Program-made: the position numbers and the translations under genes
DNA from: Gemmatimonadota bacterium
GTDB lineage: Bacteria; Gemmatimonadota; Gemmatimonadetes; Longimicrobiales; Gaopeijiaceae
Direction of reading: 5' to 3'
Length of the DNA: 64,000 bases
NCBI GenBank assembly: GCA_034521595.1
Contig: JAXHMG010000001.1
Location: 32,001 to 96,000, forward strand
Shown here: positions 36,725 to 47,155 of the stretch, in pieces
How positions within the stretch are numbered: the stretch's first letter is position 1
How the letters are laid out: every line of letters starts with the position of its first letter
The notes under the pieces: generated by a model
Seen by the model: the letters and a program-made list of their open reading frames with translations, nothing else
Database searches by the model: none
Told to the model about the DNA's origin: nothing

Positions 36725-38005
36725 ATGTCCCCGATCCGACGCCGATTTCGCCCCAGCCTTCTTTCCCTCGCAGCCACCGTGGCGCTCGTGGCAGCGTGCG
36801 GAAGCCCGGACGCCACCTCCGACGCGGACGTGACCGTCTACGAAGGCGCACGCCTGATCACCGGAGACGGGAGCGCCCCCATCGAGGACGCGGTCTTCGT
36901 GGTGGAAGGCGACCGGTTCGGCGCCGTCGGCCCGCGCGGAAGCGTCGACGTCCCGAGCGGAGCCACCCGCGTCGATCTGGCGGGCAAAACGGTGATTCCG
37001 GCCCTGGTCAACAGCCATATCCACCTCTCTCTGGACCGCGCCGAGCGTGAAGATCAGCTCCGCCACATGGCGTACTACGGGGCGGGCACGGTGGTCAGCC
37101 TCGGGCTCGACGAAGGCGAGGTGCCGTTCGAGCTCCGGGACGAGCCGATCCCGGACGGGGCGCGCACGCTCATCGCCGGTCGGGGCATCACCTCACCGGA
37201 GCCCGGACGCTCCGAGATCCCGCACTGGGTGACGACCGAGCAGGAAGCCCGTGGAGCGGTACGGGAGCTGGCCGAGCAGAACGTCGATCTGGTCAAGATC
37301 TGGGTCGATGACCGGAACGGGCAGTACGAGAAGCTGTCCGAGCCCCTCTACACCGCCATCATCGACGAGGCGCACCGGCACGACCTGATCGTGGCCGCCC
37401 ACATCTTCGCGCTCGAAGACGCCAAGAAGCTGCTGCGGGCCGGTGTGGACGCGTTCGCGCACAGCATCCGCGACCGGGACATCGATCAGGAGCTGCTCGA
37501 CCTGTGGAGCCAGCGACCGGAAGCGGTGCTCATCCCGAACCTGTCGAGCCCGGGGGTCGTGACCGACCTGTCGTGGGTATCCACAGTGCCCCCCGACGAG
37601 CTGGCCGCGATGCAGGAGCGCCAGACCGCCCGCCCGGAGGCGCAAGAGGCGTTCGCGATTCAGGCACGCAACCTCGACCGGCTGAACGAAGCGGGCAGAC
37701 GCATCGCGTTCGGGACGGACGGGAGCACGCCCTGGGCCGTTCACCTCGAGCTCGAGGACATGGTGCGCGCGGGGCTCACCCCGTCCGAGGCGCTCACGGC
37801 CGCGACCCGCAACAGCGCGGCCCTTTTCCAGCTCTCCGACATCGGCACCGTGGCACCGACCAACGTGGCCGATTTCGTGGTCCTCGACGCCAACCCGCTC
37901 GACGACATCACGAACACGCGTCGAATCAGTGACGTGTACCTGCGAGGCGCGGCGATCGACCGGGAGGCGATGGCCGCCCGCTTCCGGGGTGAAGCGATGC
38001 AGTGA
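36725..38005 (+). CDS. Amidohydrolase-family lipoprotein
   Basis: LVAAC lipobox, GKTVIPALVNSHIH, FGTDG, ADFVVLDANPL. Confidence 0.88.
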   Translation: MSPIRRRFRPSLLSLAATVALVAACGSPDATSDADVTVYEGARLITGDGSAPIEDAVFVVEGDRFGAVGPRGSVDVPSGATRVDLAGKTVIPALVNSHIHLSLDRAEREDQLRHMAYYGAGTVVSLGLDEGEVPFELRDEPIPDGARTLIAGRGITSPEPGRSEIPHWVTTEQEARGAVRELAEQNVDLVKIWVDDRNGQYEKLSEPLYTAIIDEAHRHDLIVAAHIFALEDAKKLLRAGVDAFAHSIRDRDIDQELLDLWSQRPEAVLIPNLSSPGVVTDLSWVSTVPPDELAAMQERQTARPEAQEAFAIQARNLDRLNEAGRRIAFGTDGSTPWAVHLELEDMVRAGLTPSEALTAATRNSAALFQLSDIGTVAPTNVADFVVLDANPLDDITNTRRISDVYLRGAAIDREAMAARFRGEAMQ

Positions 38006-38020
38006 AGGCGGCCGGCGGCC

Positions 38021-40091
38021 TCAGGCCGTGGCCCGGTCCTCGACCAATCCGCGCCGCTCGAGCAGGGGGCGGACATCGGCATCACGGCCCCGGAACGCCC
38101 GGTAGAGGTCCATCGCCTCCGCGCTACCGCCCCGCGACAAGCACGGTCCTGCGAAGGTGCTCGCCGTTCTCCCGGCGTAGGCCGCCGTGCTCTTCGAACC
38201 ACGCCACGGCGTCGGCGTCCAACACCTCCGCCCAGATGTAGGAGTAGTAGCCCGCGGAGTATCCCCCGAGAATGTGCGAGAAATACGTCACCCGGTAACG
38301 CGGGGGCACGACCCTCAGGGCGATCCCCGCGTTCCGCAGCACCTCGGCTTCGAACGCCATGAGCTCGTCGGCGGCGGGCACCTCGTCCGGCGCGAGCTGG
38401 TGCAACGCTTGATCCAACACGCACGCGGCGAGGTATTCCGTGGTCGCGTATCCCTGATTGAACCGCCGCATGGCCCGCACCTTCTCCGCGAGCTCGGCGG
38501 GTAGGGGCTCGCCGGTCTCGTGGTGCACGGCGTAACGGCTCAGGACCTCCGGCCAGAGACCCCACACCTCGTTGAGCTGCGAGGGAAACTCGACGAAGTC
38601 CCGGGGAACGGACGTGCCCGAAAAGAAGGGATAGCGCACGTCGGAGAGGATGCCGTGGAGCGCGTGCCCGAACTCGTGGAACATCGTGTTCACCTCCTCG
38701 AGCGTGAGGAGCGTAGGCTCTCCCTCGGGCGGCTTCCGGATGTTCTGGTGGTTCCCTACGACCGGGCGGTCTCCGTGGAGCCCGGATTGCCGCACGTATG
38801 CGTTCATCCAGGCTCCACCGCGCTTGGAGGGACGCGCGTAGAGATCGGCCAGGAACAACGCGACGGGCGTTCCGGCCTCGTCCACGACGTCGAAGACCCT
38901 CACGTCCGGATGGTACGTCGGCAGGTCGAAACGCTCCGAGAAGGACAGGCCGAACAACTCCTCCGCCGCGTGGAAGACGCCGTGCTCGAGGACCCGGTTC
39001 AGCTCGAGGTACGGCCGCAGCGCGCTCTGTTCCAGGTCGTATTCGGCCCGCCGCACCTTTTCCGCGTAGTAAGGCCAGTCCCACGCTTCGAGCTCGATGC
39101 CGTCGCCCTCCTCGTCGATCATGCGTTGGAGCCGCTCCGCCTCGCGGCGCGCGTTCCGCACCGCGGGCGGCACGAGCTGGGAGAGCCGCTCGTTGACGGC
39201 ATCCGTGCTGCGGGCCGTCTGGTCCTCGAGCACGTAGGCGGCGTGGTTCTCGTAGCCCAGCAGGCGGGCCCGCTCGGCACGTAGCTCGAGCACGCGGCTC
39301 ACGATCTCGCGGTTGTCGAACTCGCCACCCCGGCTTCCCCGCGCCAGCGACGCTTCCAGAATACGCCGGCGGAGGGGACGGTGCTCGAGGGACGCGAGCA
39401 CCGGCTGCCCGCTGGTGTTCTGGAGTGGCAGCACGTACTTCCCGTCGAGGTCCCGCTCCCGGGCCGCGTCCGCCGCCGCCGTGATCTCGCCTTCGGAGAG
39501 GCCCGCGAGCTCGTCGCGGGAGTCGACCACCACCGCGGAGGCGTTCACCTCTTCGAGCACGTTCTGGCTGAAACGCGTCGCGAGCTCGGCGAGCTCGGCG
39601 TTCATCGCGCGCAGCCGCTCCTTGTCCGCATCGGAGAGTCGAGCGCCCGCCCGCACGAACATCAGGTGGTACCGCTCGACCAAGCGACGCGACTCCGCAT
39701 CGAGCTCGAGCTCGTCGAGGCGGGCGTGAACCGCGTCGATCCGCTCGAACAGCCGAGGGTCGAGAAGGATGGCGTCGGAGTGCCCGGATAGCTTGGGTGC
39801 CATCTCCGTGCGGATGGCCTCGAGCGCGTCGTTCGTGTGCGCCCCGACGAGGTTGGAGAACGCGAGCCTCACTCGTTGGAGCAGCCGGCCCGAACGCTCG
39901 AGCGCCACGCATACGTTCTCTACGGTCGGGGGAGCCGGCTCGGCCGCGATCGCTTCGACCTCGCGCCGCTGCGCTTCCATGCCCCGTTCGAAAGCCGGGC
40001 GGAAATGGTGGGGCTCGATGCGGTCGAATGGCGGAAAGGCGAAGGGAAGATCGCTTTCGACGAGGAGGGGGTTTTCGGGGTCGTGCGCCAC
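38021..40091 (-). CDS. dcp: M3 peptidyl-dipeptidase Dcp, with a one-base frameshift near 38139
   Basis: KRGGAWM, FHEFGHALH, DFVEFPSQ, GYSAGYYSY. The normal tail SRGGSAEAMDLYRAFRGRDADVRPLLERRGL lies in the next frame. Confidence 0.88.
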
Positions 40092-40137
40092 GCTCGGTGT
40101 CTCCTGGGTTCGCGGATCGGAGGCTGGGGACAGACCG

Positions 40138-40674
40138 TCAGGAATCGAGATACCGCTCCCGGACGACGTCCACGTGGTGAAGCAGGTGTCCAGCCGTGAT
40201 CCAGGCAAGCCCCCTCACGGTCATCTCGACGCCGCTGGCTCTGCCCCGGTTGGTCCAGGTGTCGTCCGGCAATCCCTCGAACAGGGAGATCGTGGCGGCG
40301 CGAACGGAGGCGAGCTCGTCCAGAAGCGTCGCGAGCGTCCGCTCGTCAGCCCGGCTCGCGGGCGTATACGCATCCTCCTCGAACCCCGGGAGCTCCGTCC
40401 GGTCACCTCGTGCGAACCGGAGCGCGCGGTACTGGAAGACGCGCTCGGCATCGGCACAGTGCTGCACCACTTCCTTCAGGCTCCACTTGCCCGGAGCGTA
40501 GCCGCGCTCGGCCGTCTCTTCGGAGATACCCTCCAGGAGCTCGGACATGGCCGGTGCGCTGCCAGCAAGGGTGGCCACGACATCACCGTCGGGCACCCGC
40601 TCGACGTAACCCGCATAGAACGGGGCGTATTCGTCTGCGTCGGCACGGGGCCGAATGGTTCGATGGGTCTTCAT
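40138..40674 (-). CDS. DinB-family protein
   Basis: EYAPFYAGYV, YAPGKWSLKEVVQHCADAE, AGHLLHH. Confidence 0.88.
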   Translation of the reverse strand: MKTHRTIRPRADADEYAPFYAGYVERVPDGDVVATLAGSAPAMSELLEGISEETAERGYAPGKWSLKEVVQHCADAERVFQYRALRFARGDRTELPGFEEDAYTPASRADERTLATLLDELASVRAATISLFEGLPDDTWTNRGRASGVEMTVRGLAWITAGHLLHHVDVVRERYLDS

Positions 40675-40762
40675 GCGAAGGGCTTGATGGGAAGGGGCAA
40701 AACGTCTCGGCACGGCCGAGCTCGCCCATATGGGGACGAACGTGGCTGATCCCCGCTTTACG

Positions 40763-41239
40763 TCACGCGGCTCCCGTTTTCGGTCCCTCGGAGGAAGATC
40801 CGGCGGTGGCCCGCACACGCTTCGCGTTGAGGGAGTAGGCCCCCGGGCCCGTGAGCGCCAACGCGATCGCGATCCCGAGGTTCACGAGAGTGAACTCGAT
40901 CCCGTTCGGAAGGAAGAAGCCCGCGGGCAGGTGCACCATGAACATCGCGCCCAGCATCACGACGGCGATCCCGAAAGCGGCCAACCGCGTGGCGATCCCC
41001 AGGATCACGGCGATGCCCCCGAAGAACTCGACGATGGCGACGGCCGGGGCGGTCAGCACCGGAAGGAAGATCCCCATCTCGGCGAACGAGGCCGTCGTGC
41101 CCTCGATACCGAACCAGAAGAGCTTCTGTCCCCCGTGCCCGATGAAGACGACACCGAGCACCACACGGAGCACGATGAGCGCCACGTCGAGCGACTCCGA
41201 GTGGGGGACGGCCCGGTCGCTTCGGTCTGCTGTGTTCAT
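40763..41239 (-). CDS. DoxX-family membrane protein
   Basis: LRVVLG..FIGHGGQKLF, EFFGG, GPGAYSL. Confidence 0.9.
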   Translation of the reverse strand: MNTADRSDRAVPHSESLDVALIVLRVVLGVVFIGHGGQKLFWFGIEGTTASFAEMGIFLPVLTAPAVAIVEFFGGIAVILGIATRLAAFGIAVVMLGAMFMVHLPAGFFLPNGIEFTLVNLGIAIALALTGPGAYSLNAKRVRATAGSSSEGPKTGAA

Positions 41240-41349
41240 GGTTTGGCTCTCCTTCGGTTGGAAAGGACGCTCCGCAAACTACCGACCATCGGGCATCGTC
41301 CGATACACCGTCTTCCCATCGCGCCCGCTGAGGAGCGTCTTCAAGGGCA

Positions 41350-41366
41350 TTGGCACCTTCCTTGCG
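41350..41366 (+). promoter_or_regulatory. Candidate sigma54 promoter of the AsmA-family gene
   Basis: TTGGCACCTTCCTTGCG, GG-N10-GC, about 80 nt upstream of the start. Confidence 0.55.
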
Positions 41367-41444
41367 GCACCAGAGAGCCGGCGGCCTGACGGGGCAGCAT
41401 GCCGCCAGGGCGCCGACACCGCTCCGCGGATCCCGGAAGGGGGG

Positions 41445-43937
41445 ATGACCATGCGCTCACGAGGTTGGAACATCACGATCGGGAGGGGGCTGGCGGTCGC
41501 CGTCTTCTTCGTCGTCGTGGCCTATGCCGTCGTGGCGATCGTTCTCGACCGTCTGGTCGATCCGGACGAGCTCACCGCATGGCTCGAACCCCGGGCCTCC
41601 GCCGCGCTCAACCGTGAGGTGCGGATAGGGGACGCTTCGCTCGTCCTGCTCCCCTGGCCCGGCGCCCGCCTCACCGAGGTGCGCGTCGCCAACCTACCCG
41701 GCTTCGGAGGGCCGCCGGTTCTCGAGATCGACCGACTTCGGCTCCATTTGGCGGTTCTGCCGCTCTTTACCGGTGACGTGAGGGTTCGGGGGATGCACCT
41801 CCATCGGCCGACGCTGACCCTGATGGTGGACGAAGGGGGCGCCTCCAATTTCGGGGATCTGATGCCGGAGGCCCGAGAGGGGGCCGAGGCGGGCTCGAGC
41901 TTCGCCCGCCTCTCCCTCCGCCGGATCGGCGTCACGGAAGGCACGGTGACGTACACGCACGCGCCCCGCGAGCGGACCGTGACCCTCACGGGTACGGATT
42001 TCGACGGCCGGGTCGCGTCGGACGGCGGCGACGGCTGGACCGTGCGCGCGACGGCGGAGTCGGACTCGCTCGGAATCGCTCGGCCGTCGGATACGCCACC
42101 CGTGTGGTCGGTCGGGCCGTCCGCGTCGTGGACGCTCCACGGAGACGGGATGTTCGATCGCGTCGAGATCACCGACGGCCGGATCGCCTACGACGGCTCG
42201 AGTCTCGAGGCCTCCGGGCGGTGGAGCGACGTGCGGGGACCACGTCCTTCCCTCGAGCTGCGGATGACGAACGACCAGATCGATGCCGCGTCCCTGAACG
42301 CCTGGATTCCCGCCGGGCTCGCCACGGCGCTCGGAGCGGACTCCACCCTCGCGCTGCGGGGTACGGCGGCCGCCGAGCTGCGGCTCCTCGTGCCCGACCC
42401 GGACACGGACGGCCCGTTCGTCCGCGGAGAGATCCGCCTCGACGGCGTCGACGTGCACCGGGACGAAGCGTCGCTGGCGAGCACGGTGTCGGGCGTCGTG
42501 GCCTTCGAGCCCGGGGAGCTCACCCTGAACGCCCTGAACGGGACCTTCGCCGGGGGGCCGTTCGAGCTGTACGGACGGGTGGCCGGTCCGGACGGGTCGA
42601 TGCGGTTGGAGGCGCAAGCACGCACGGATCTGGCCGAGCTCGAGGCGCTCGGGTGGACGCCCCCGGATCCGGGCTTCTCCGGGCATGCCGACTTCGACGT
42701 CACGCTCGCGGGCTCGCTCCGCACTCCCCACCGGCTCGAGCTCTCCGGCCGCGCCACCGCCGACGGGGCACGCATCGACCACCCGTGGTTCGCGGTGCCG
42801 CTCTACGTGCCCGACGGGGAGATCACGCTCGACGGACGCACCGTCCGGTGGAACGAGCTCGCCCTGCTCGCCGGAGGCGACCGCTTCGAAACGACCGGAC
42901 GCGTGGTGGGACTCCGGCCCCCGTTCATCCCGAACGCTCCGGCCGCCGCGTCCGGAGGCCGCACCGGTGGGTCGTCGCCTCCGGTGGTCACGGCTTCGGT
43001 GGACGGCGCTCGCATCGACCTCGACGGGCTGCTCGGCCGAGCCGACGACCGCGAGCACGACACCTACGCGAAGGCGGCGTTCGCGCACCTCGCGGGGGGA
43101 GCGCGCGGAAGCGACGGCCTCACGGGCTACGCCCCGCTCGAATCCGATCCGGCGCGCCCCGCAGCGTCGGCGTTCCACGGCACCCTCGACCTCGCCTTCG
43201 ACAGCCTGTTCTTCCGCCCTTACGCGCTCGACAGCGTGTCGGCGGAGGTCGGCCTCGACGACGCCTCCGTGAGGGTGTCGGACGTGGCATTCCGGACCTG
43301 GGACGGCCGCGGGCACGGCTCGCTCCTTCTGGGCACGGGGGCCACGGACCGCGCGCCGTTCGAGCTCGAGCTGGGCGTCGAAGGCGTCGCGGCCACGCCC
43401 TTCTTCGCGGCACTCACCCCGGCGGACACCGCGATCTCGGGCACGCTCGACCTCGACGTCGTGCTGTCCGGCACCACCGACCGCGCGCTCCTGCCGGTTC
43501 GCGAAGACCTCGTGGGCTCGGGAACGTTCACCGTGAGCGAGGGGACCATCGCCGGCAGCGGCATGAACCACGCCCTCGCGGACTTCCTCGGATCGCGGGC
43601 GTGGCTCGAGGTGCCCTTCGACCGCTGGACCACGTCCTTCGACGTGGGCGACGGGATGCTCGACGTTCGGGAGAGCGCGCTCACCGGAGCCCGGGGACGG
43701 GTCAATCTCAGCGGGTTGATCGCATTCGAAGGACCCGTGCACCTCGAGCTCGGGCTCTCGATCCCCCCTTCGGAGCTGGCGGACGTCTCACTGCGCAGAA
43801 CCGGAATCGGCGCGGACGTTCTGGACCGCTTGCGCGACACGGGGAGCTCCCTCGAGTTGGGGCTGCGGACGGGCGGCTCGCTCGGCGCCCCTACCCTCGA
43901 GCCCGACGGATCGGTTTCCGTCCCCGGAGGAAGCTGA
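41445..43937 (+). CDS. AsmA-family protein
   Basis: N-terminal TM anchor, ASAALNREVRIG, VANLPGFG, beta-rich repeats, AsmA-like C-terminus. Confidence 0.8.
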   Translation: MTMRSRGWNITIGRGLAVAVFFVVVAYAVVAIVLDRLVDPDELTAWLEPRASAALNREVRIGDASLVLLPWPGARLTEVRVANLPGFGGPPVLEIDRLRLHLAVLPLFTGDVRVRGMHLHRPTLTLMVDEGGASNFGDLMPEAREGAEAGSSFARLSLRRIGVTEGTVTYTHAPRERTVTLTGTDFDGRVASDGGDGWTVRATAESDSLGIARPSDTPPVWSVGPSASWTLHGDGMFDRVEITDGRIAYDGSSLEASGRWSDVRGPRPSLELRMTNDQIDAASLNAWIPAGLATALGADSTLALRGTAAAELRLLVPDPDTDGPFVRGEIRLDGVDVHRDEASLASTVSGVVAFEPGELTLNALNGTFAGGPFELYGRVAGPDGSMRLEAQARTDLAELEALGWTPPDPGFSGHADFDVTLAGSLRTPHRLELSGRATADGARIDHPWFAVPLYVPDGEITLDGRTVRWNELALLAGGDRFETTGRVVGLRPPFIPNAPAAASGGRTGGSSPPVVTASVDGARIDLDGLLGRADDREHDTYAKAAFAHLAGGARGSDGLTGYAPLESDPARPAASAFHGTLDLAFDSLFFRPYALDSVSAEVGLDDASVRVSDVAFRTWDGRGHGSLLLGTGATDRAPFELELGVEGVAATPFFAALTPADTAISGTLDLDVVLSGTTDRALLPVREDLVGSGTFTVSEGTIAGSGMNHALADFLGSRAWLEVPFDRWTTSFDVGDGMLDVRESALTGARGRVNLSGLIAFEGPVHLELGLSIPPSELADVSLRRTGIGADVLDRLRDTGSSLELGLRTGGSLGAPTLEPDGSVSVPGGS

Positions 43938-44013
43938 GCGCCGGATCCGCCCTCGACTAGACGGTACTCCGCCGGCTTCCTGGGATTCCTCCGGCTACCT
44001 CGGACCCCGCCGC

Positions 44014-44946
44014 TTACCTCGGATCCCGCCCGGAAATGTGGAGCGTGGCGTTTTCGAGGCGGCCCGCCTCGTACGTGCCGACCCAGATGTTGTAGTTCCC
44101 GCTCGGCGGCTCGTCGAAGCGGATGAGCGGGTCCGTGCCGGTCGCGTCGTCACTACAGTGCCATTCCCCGGCCGCGTCGTTGACCACCAACGTGAGGTCC
44201 ACCTCGGACTCGGCGTAGATCACCAGGGGAGAGTCGTCCGCGGCGTAGTTGAGATCGAAATCCGGCGCTGATGCGTCCAGGTAACCGGTGCATTCGGCGC
44301 CCGGAACCGCATTCGCCTGGGTGCCGCCGGCCCGGAGCGGGCGCGACACCGGATCGGGCGTGAACCCGGCCGACAGATCGAGCGTCTCGTACAGCGGGAT
44401 CGCGGCGACGTCCGGCATCGGGGCATCGCCCGCATCGAAGCCGGAATCCGCCGTCCGGGCCGTCGGCTCGAGCTCGGTGAAGTAGAGCGTCGCCTCCGGT
44501 GACGACCCCGCCTCGGCGACGCCGACCCAGAGCTTGTAGCTACCGCTGGAAGGATCCGGGAACACGACCATCGGATCGGTGCCCTCCCAGTCGTCGTTGC
44601 AATGCCAGTTCCCATCGGGGTCGTGAATCAGCAGGGTCAGATCGCTCTCCGCCCGGGCGTAGATGTAGAGGACGGACATTCCCGCCGCATAGCTCAGCTC
44701 GAAGTCGGGCGCGTCCGCGTCGATGTAGCCGGCGCACGCGGATCCGGAGCGTGGGTTGGCGTCTTCGCCCCCGGCCCGGACAGACCGGGTCACGGGGTCG
44801 GGCGTGAATCCGGCCACGAGGTCGACCGTGCCGTGGGCCGGCGCGGCGTCGGGGTCCTGAGCCTTCGCCGGCACACCCACGGCCACCGTCGCGAGGAGCA
44901 CGAAAGCAGCGTTGAGGCAGCCGAACCATCGAATCCGTGGGAACAT
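44014..44946 (-). CDS. Secreted protein with two tandem GFTPDP (PPC-like) beta domains
   Basis: Signal peptide; duplicated L.AGFTPDPV...C.GY.DA.APDF.L.Y...DLTL...G.WHC.DD..GTDP...SG.Y..WVG. Confidence 0.75.
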   Translation of the reverse strand: MFPRIRWFGCLNAAFVLLATVAVGVPAKAQDPDAAPAHGTVDLVAGFTPDPVTRSVRAGGEDANPRSGSACAGYIDADAPDFELSYAAGMSVLYIYARAESDLTLLIHDPDGNWHCNDDWEGTDPMVVFPDPSSGSYKLWVGVAEAGSSPEATLYFTELEPTARTADSGFDAGDAPMPDVAAIPLYETLDLSAGFTPDPVSRPLRAGGTQANAVPGAECTGYLDASAPDFDLNYAADDSPLVIYAESEVDLTLVVNDAAGEWHCSDDATGTDPLIRFDEPPSGNYNIWVGTYEAGRLENATLHISGRDPR

Positions 44947-44955
44947 GGCCGAATC

Positions 44956-45681
44956 CTACCCCACGTCGCCGCGCCCGACCAGGGCCGCGGCCTCCGGAGA
45001 AGGCGGGGCATCGAGAAGCGTCGAAGTCGGGCCCGTCGCCACGACTCGTCCCCCGTCGATCAGCACCAGAACCTCGGCGAGCGCGCGTACGTCCTCCAAC
45101 GCATGGGTGACCAACACCATGGGCACTCCGGTTTCCCGTTGGATGGCGAGCAGCGATGCCCGGAGGTCTTCCCGGATCCGGAAGTCCAGCGCGGCGAACG
45201 GCTCGTCGAGAAGGAGAAGGTCGGGGCGAGGCGCCAGAGCGCGGGCCAAGGCGATCCGCTGCCGCTCACCGCCGGACAGGCTGGACGGCTTCCGTTCTTC
45301 GTACCCCCTCAGCCCCACCAACTCCAACAGCCACGCCACCCGCGCGGCACGCTCGTCGCGCGAGCGTCCGTGCAGGCCGAATCCGACGTTCCCTCCCACC
45401 GTCAGGTGCGGGAAGAGGGCGTACTCCTGAAACACCAGCCCGATCCGACGTTCCCGGGCCGGGATCCAGGTCCCTTCGGCCGCTCCGAAGAGGATCCGGT
45501 CACCGAGCGCCACCCGACCGGACTCGGCGCGCTCGAGACCCGCCAGATGCCGGAGCGTCAGCGTCTTCCCGGCGCCCGAAGGCCCGAAGAGCGCCGTGAT
45601 TCCCGTCGCAGGGCTCTCGAAGGCCACATCGAGCACGAAGTCGTCCCGTCGCGCCCGGAGGGACACGTCGAGGGTCACCAT
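44956..45681 (-). CDS. modC: Molybdate ABC transporter ATPase
   Basis: ALFGPSGAGKT, VFQEYALFPHL, LSGGERQR; follows modB. Confidence 0.88.
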   Translation of the reverse strand: MVTLDVSLRARRDDFVLDVAFESPATGITALFGPSGAGKTLTLRHLAGLERAESGRVALGDRILFGAAEGTWIPARERRIGLVFQEYALFPHLTVGGNVGFGLHGRSRDERAARVAWLLELVGLRGYEERKPSSLSGGERQRIALARALAPRPDLLLLDEPFAALDFRIREDLRASLLAIQRETGVPMVLVTHALEDVRALAEVLVLIDGGRVVATGPTSTLLDAPPSPEAAALVGRGDVG

Positions 45682-46334
45682 CCCGCTCCGCGGCCCACCC
45701 GCGTGAGCACGAACAGCGCCCCGGCCGCCGCGACGGTGAGCGCCAACGAGAGCATTCCCGCTTCGTCCATGCGGCCGGCCTGCACGTGGTCGTAGATGGC
45801 GAGGCTCCCGGTACGCGTCCGGCCCGGGATGCTCCCGGCCACCATGACCGTCGCACCGAACTCGCCCACCGCCCGGGCGAAGGCGAGCGCCAGGCCGGCG
45901 AGCACGGCGCGCCACGCGAGCGGGAGGGTAACCGTGAACCAGATCGCGAGCTCGCTGCGGCCCAGGGTCCGGGCGGCCTCCTCGTAGGTAGCGTCGACCT
46001 GCTCGAAGCCGGCCTGGGCCGACCGGATCATGAACGGAGCCGAGGCGACGAAGGCGGCGATCACGGCCGCCGCAGGGGTGAAGACGATTCGGCCCAGGCC
46101 CACGGCTTCAGCCCATCCACCCAGCACGCCGCCCCGCCCCATCAGCACGAGCAGCCCGTACCCGAGGACCGTCGGAGGCAGCACCATGGGAAGGAGCACC
46201 AGGACGGTGAGCAGGTCGCGGCCCGGGAGAGACGGACGCGCGAGCACCCATGCGACCGGCAGGCCCACGACGACGGTGAGGACCGTCGCGTTCAGCGCGA
46301 CCCAAAAGGAGAGCGCGAGGGGGGAGAGCGTCAT
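45675..46334 (-). CDS. modB: Molybdate ABC transporter permease
   Basis: LPMVLPPTVLGY, EEAARTLG, FARAVGEFGAT...IPGRT. Confidence 0.93.
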   Translation of the reverse strand: MTLSPLALSFWVALNATVLTVVVGLPVAWVLARPSLPGRDLLTVLVLLPMVLPPTVLGYGLLVLMGRGGVLGGWAEAVGLGRIVFTPAAAVIAAFVASAPFMIRSAQAGFEQVDATYEEAARTLGRSELAIWFTVTLPLAWRAVLAGLALAFARAVGEFGATVMVAGSIPGRTRTGSLAIYDHVQAGRMDEAGMLSLALTVAAAGALFVLTRVGRGAGW

Positions 46335-47155
46335 CGCTTCCCGGGCCGGTTCGGGCCGGCCGGCCCCGGGGCTTCGAACCCGTGCCCACGCAGAATGGCG
46401 CGTCCCTCCGGCGAGCTCACGAACGCGAGGAAGGCCCGCGCCTCTTCGGGCCGGGTGCTCGCCCGCACCACGCCGGCGACCTGCCGGAGCGGCGGATGGA
46501 GATCTGCATCCACCACCCGGTACGCCGGTGGCGCCTCGTCAGCGCCGTCTCCTGCGGCGTGAACCAGGCTGAGCGCGACCAGTCCCGCGTCGGCGTTCCC
46601 CGTGCGCACGAACTGCAGGGCGTGCGCCACACTCTCTCCGAGGACCAGTCGAGGAGCGATTTCCTCCCACACCCCGGCCTCTTCGAGCGCGGCCCGGGCC
46701 GCGCGCCCGTACGGTGCGTGGTCGGGATTCGCGATGGCCACGGCCTCGAGCGCCCCGTCCGCGAGCGCCGCGACCGTAGGCGGCAGCGGACGTCCGGCCG
46801 GGGCCACCAGGGCAAGCCGGCCGACCGCGTACGCCGTGCGGGTCGCGGGATCGACCTGGTCGGCCTCGATCAGACCGTCCAGGAACGAGGTGTCGGCCGA
46901 AAAGAAGAGGTCGGCCGGCGCACCGTGTCGGATCTGCGCCGCCAAGCTTCCGGTCGAGCCCAGCACGACCGAGATATCCACCCCCGTCCGCTCCTCGTGG
47001 ACGCGCGCGAGCTCGTCGAGGGCCAGAGCGAGGTCGGAGGCCGCGAGAACGAGCAGCTCGCCGGAGGGATCTCCCGCTTCCCCGGCACCGTCGTCACAGG
47101 CCACCGGGCCGGCCACGGCCGCGACGAGTCCCACCCCCACGATCCACCGTCTCAC
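46331..47155 (-). CDS. modA: Molybdate ABC transporter substrate-binding lipoprotein
   Basis: PVAC lipobox, AASDL, GSTGSLAAQI..GAPADLFFSAD, ANPDHAPYG; GTG overlaps the regulator stop. Confidence 0.92.
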   Translation of the reverse strand: MRRWIVGVGLVAAVAGPVACDDGAGEAGDPSGELLVLAASDLALALDELARVHEERTGVDISVVLGSTGSLAAQIRHGAPADLFFSADTSFLDGLIEADQVDPATRTAYAVGRLALVAPAGRPLPPTVAALADGALEAVAIANPDHAPYGRAARAALEEAGVWEEIAPRLVLGESVAHALQFVRTGNADAGLVALSLVHAAGDGADEAPPAYRVVDADLHPPLRQVAGVVRASTRPEEARAFLAFVSSPEGRAILRGHGFEAPGPAGPNRPGKR

